Below are positions 63,555 through 64,000 of a DNA stretch of 64,000 bases, one piece after another. The DNA is from Kiritimatiellia bacterium (GTDB lineage: Bacteria; Verrucomicrobiota; Kiritimatiellia; RFP12; UBA1067). The position numbers and the translations under genes were made by a program. Every line of letters begins with the position of its first letter. Positions within the stretch are counted from its first letter, which is position 1. The stretch lies in the NCBI GenBank assembly GCA_050949565.1, contig JBMNFY010000008.1:320001-384000 (forward strand). The letters run 5' to 3'. The notes under the pieces are model-generated. The model did not search any database, was not told the DNA's origin, and saw nothing but the letters and a program-made list of their open reading frames with translations.

Positions 63555-64000
63555 TTATACGGCCATTACCTCCGCTTCTTTGTTTTTCAGTTCTTCGTCA
63601 ATCTTTGCGATGTGGTTGTCCGTGGCCTTCTGCACCTCGTCCAAGCCCCGGTCGCGCTCGTCTTCCGTGATTTTCCCATCCTTCTGCAACGCCTTGACCG
63701 CATCGTTACCGTCGCGGCGCACGTTGCGGACCGCAATACGGGCCTCTTCAGCTTGGCGCTTGGCCACCTTGACGATCTCTTTGCGGCGCTCCTCGTTGAG
63801 TTCGGGGATCGGGACACGGATCACGCGACCGTCGTTGCGCGGGGTCACGCCGAGATTGGCCGCGAGAATCGCTCGCTCGATATCCCCCAGCGCCGTGGGG
63901 TCAAACGGGCTGATCACGATCAGGCGCGGCTCCGGCGTTGAGATGTTCGCGAGATCGCGCAGGCGGGTCGGGGTGCCGTAGTAAGTGACCTGCACGCCAT
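63555..64000 (-). CDS. frr: Ribosome recycling factor (5' end outside the window)
   Basis: YYGTPT, NLGVTPRNDG, PELNEERRKE, AEEARIAVRNVRRD, KEAEVMAV. Confidence 0.96.
   Translation of the reverse strand, partial: GVQVTYYGTPTRLRDLANISTPEPRLIVISPFDPTALGDIERAILAANLGVTPRNDGRVIRVPIPELNEERRKEIVKVAKRQAEEARIAVRNVRRDGNDAVKALQKDGKITEDERDRGLDEVQKATDNHIAKIDEELKNKEAEVMAV

Overview
GC-rich bacterial chromosome segment, most consistent with a PVC-superphylum anaerobe of the Kiritimatiellae/Lentisphaerae type (inferred from the murD-LysM-ftsW order and the style of the secreted proteins; not tested). Left to right: dcw cluster on the minus strand (mraZ, rsmH, ftsL, ftsI, murE, murF, murD, LysM protein, partial ftsW; no mraY), two GH2 hydrolases with a CE15 esterase, a VapBC pair, a large secreted passenger-repeat protein, an intact IS4-like element with a 10-bp target duplication, a C39-like peptidase, adenine deaminase, a SEC-C/TPR protein, PFOR, class II FBA, a hydrolase and an acyltransferase, tRNA-Ser(CGA), a DEAD-box helicase, a XylR-type regulator with sugar genes (DUF1080, GH51), rex-namZ-DUF3616, a beta-propeller, pyrC, PNP, nspC, a LamG protein, rmuC, a frameshifted Pro/Ala-rich protein and partial frr. 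Two patterns are not explained by ordinary annotation. (1) A modular intergenic repeat system: 8-10-nt triplet motifs separated by a conserved CCGAGCAATGC linker (a five-linker array at 57437-57701), with shared boundary motifs, one 29/30 inverted pair around tRNA-Ser and the helicase, heptamer tracts and REP-like palindromes. (2) A shared 7-residue C-terminal motif, G-x-h-h-h-h-[RK]-stop, on three secreted proteins that lack a beta-barrel, which is a candidate lineage-specific sorting signal. Three single-site frameshifts could be biological or assembly indels. Product calls come from motif recognition by eye; no database searches were run.
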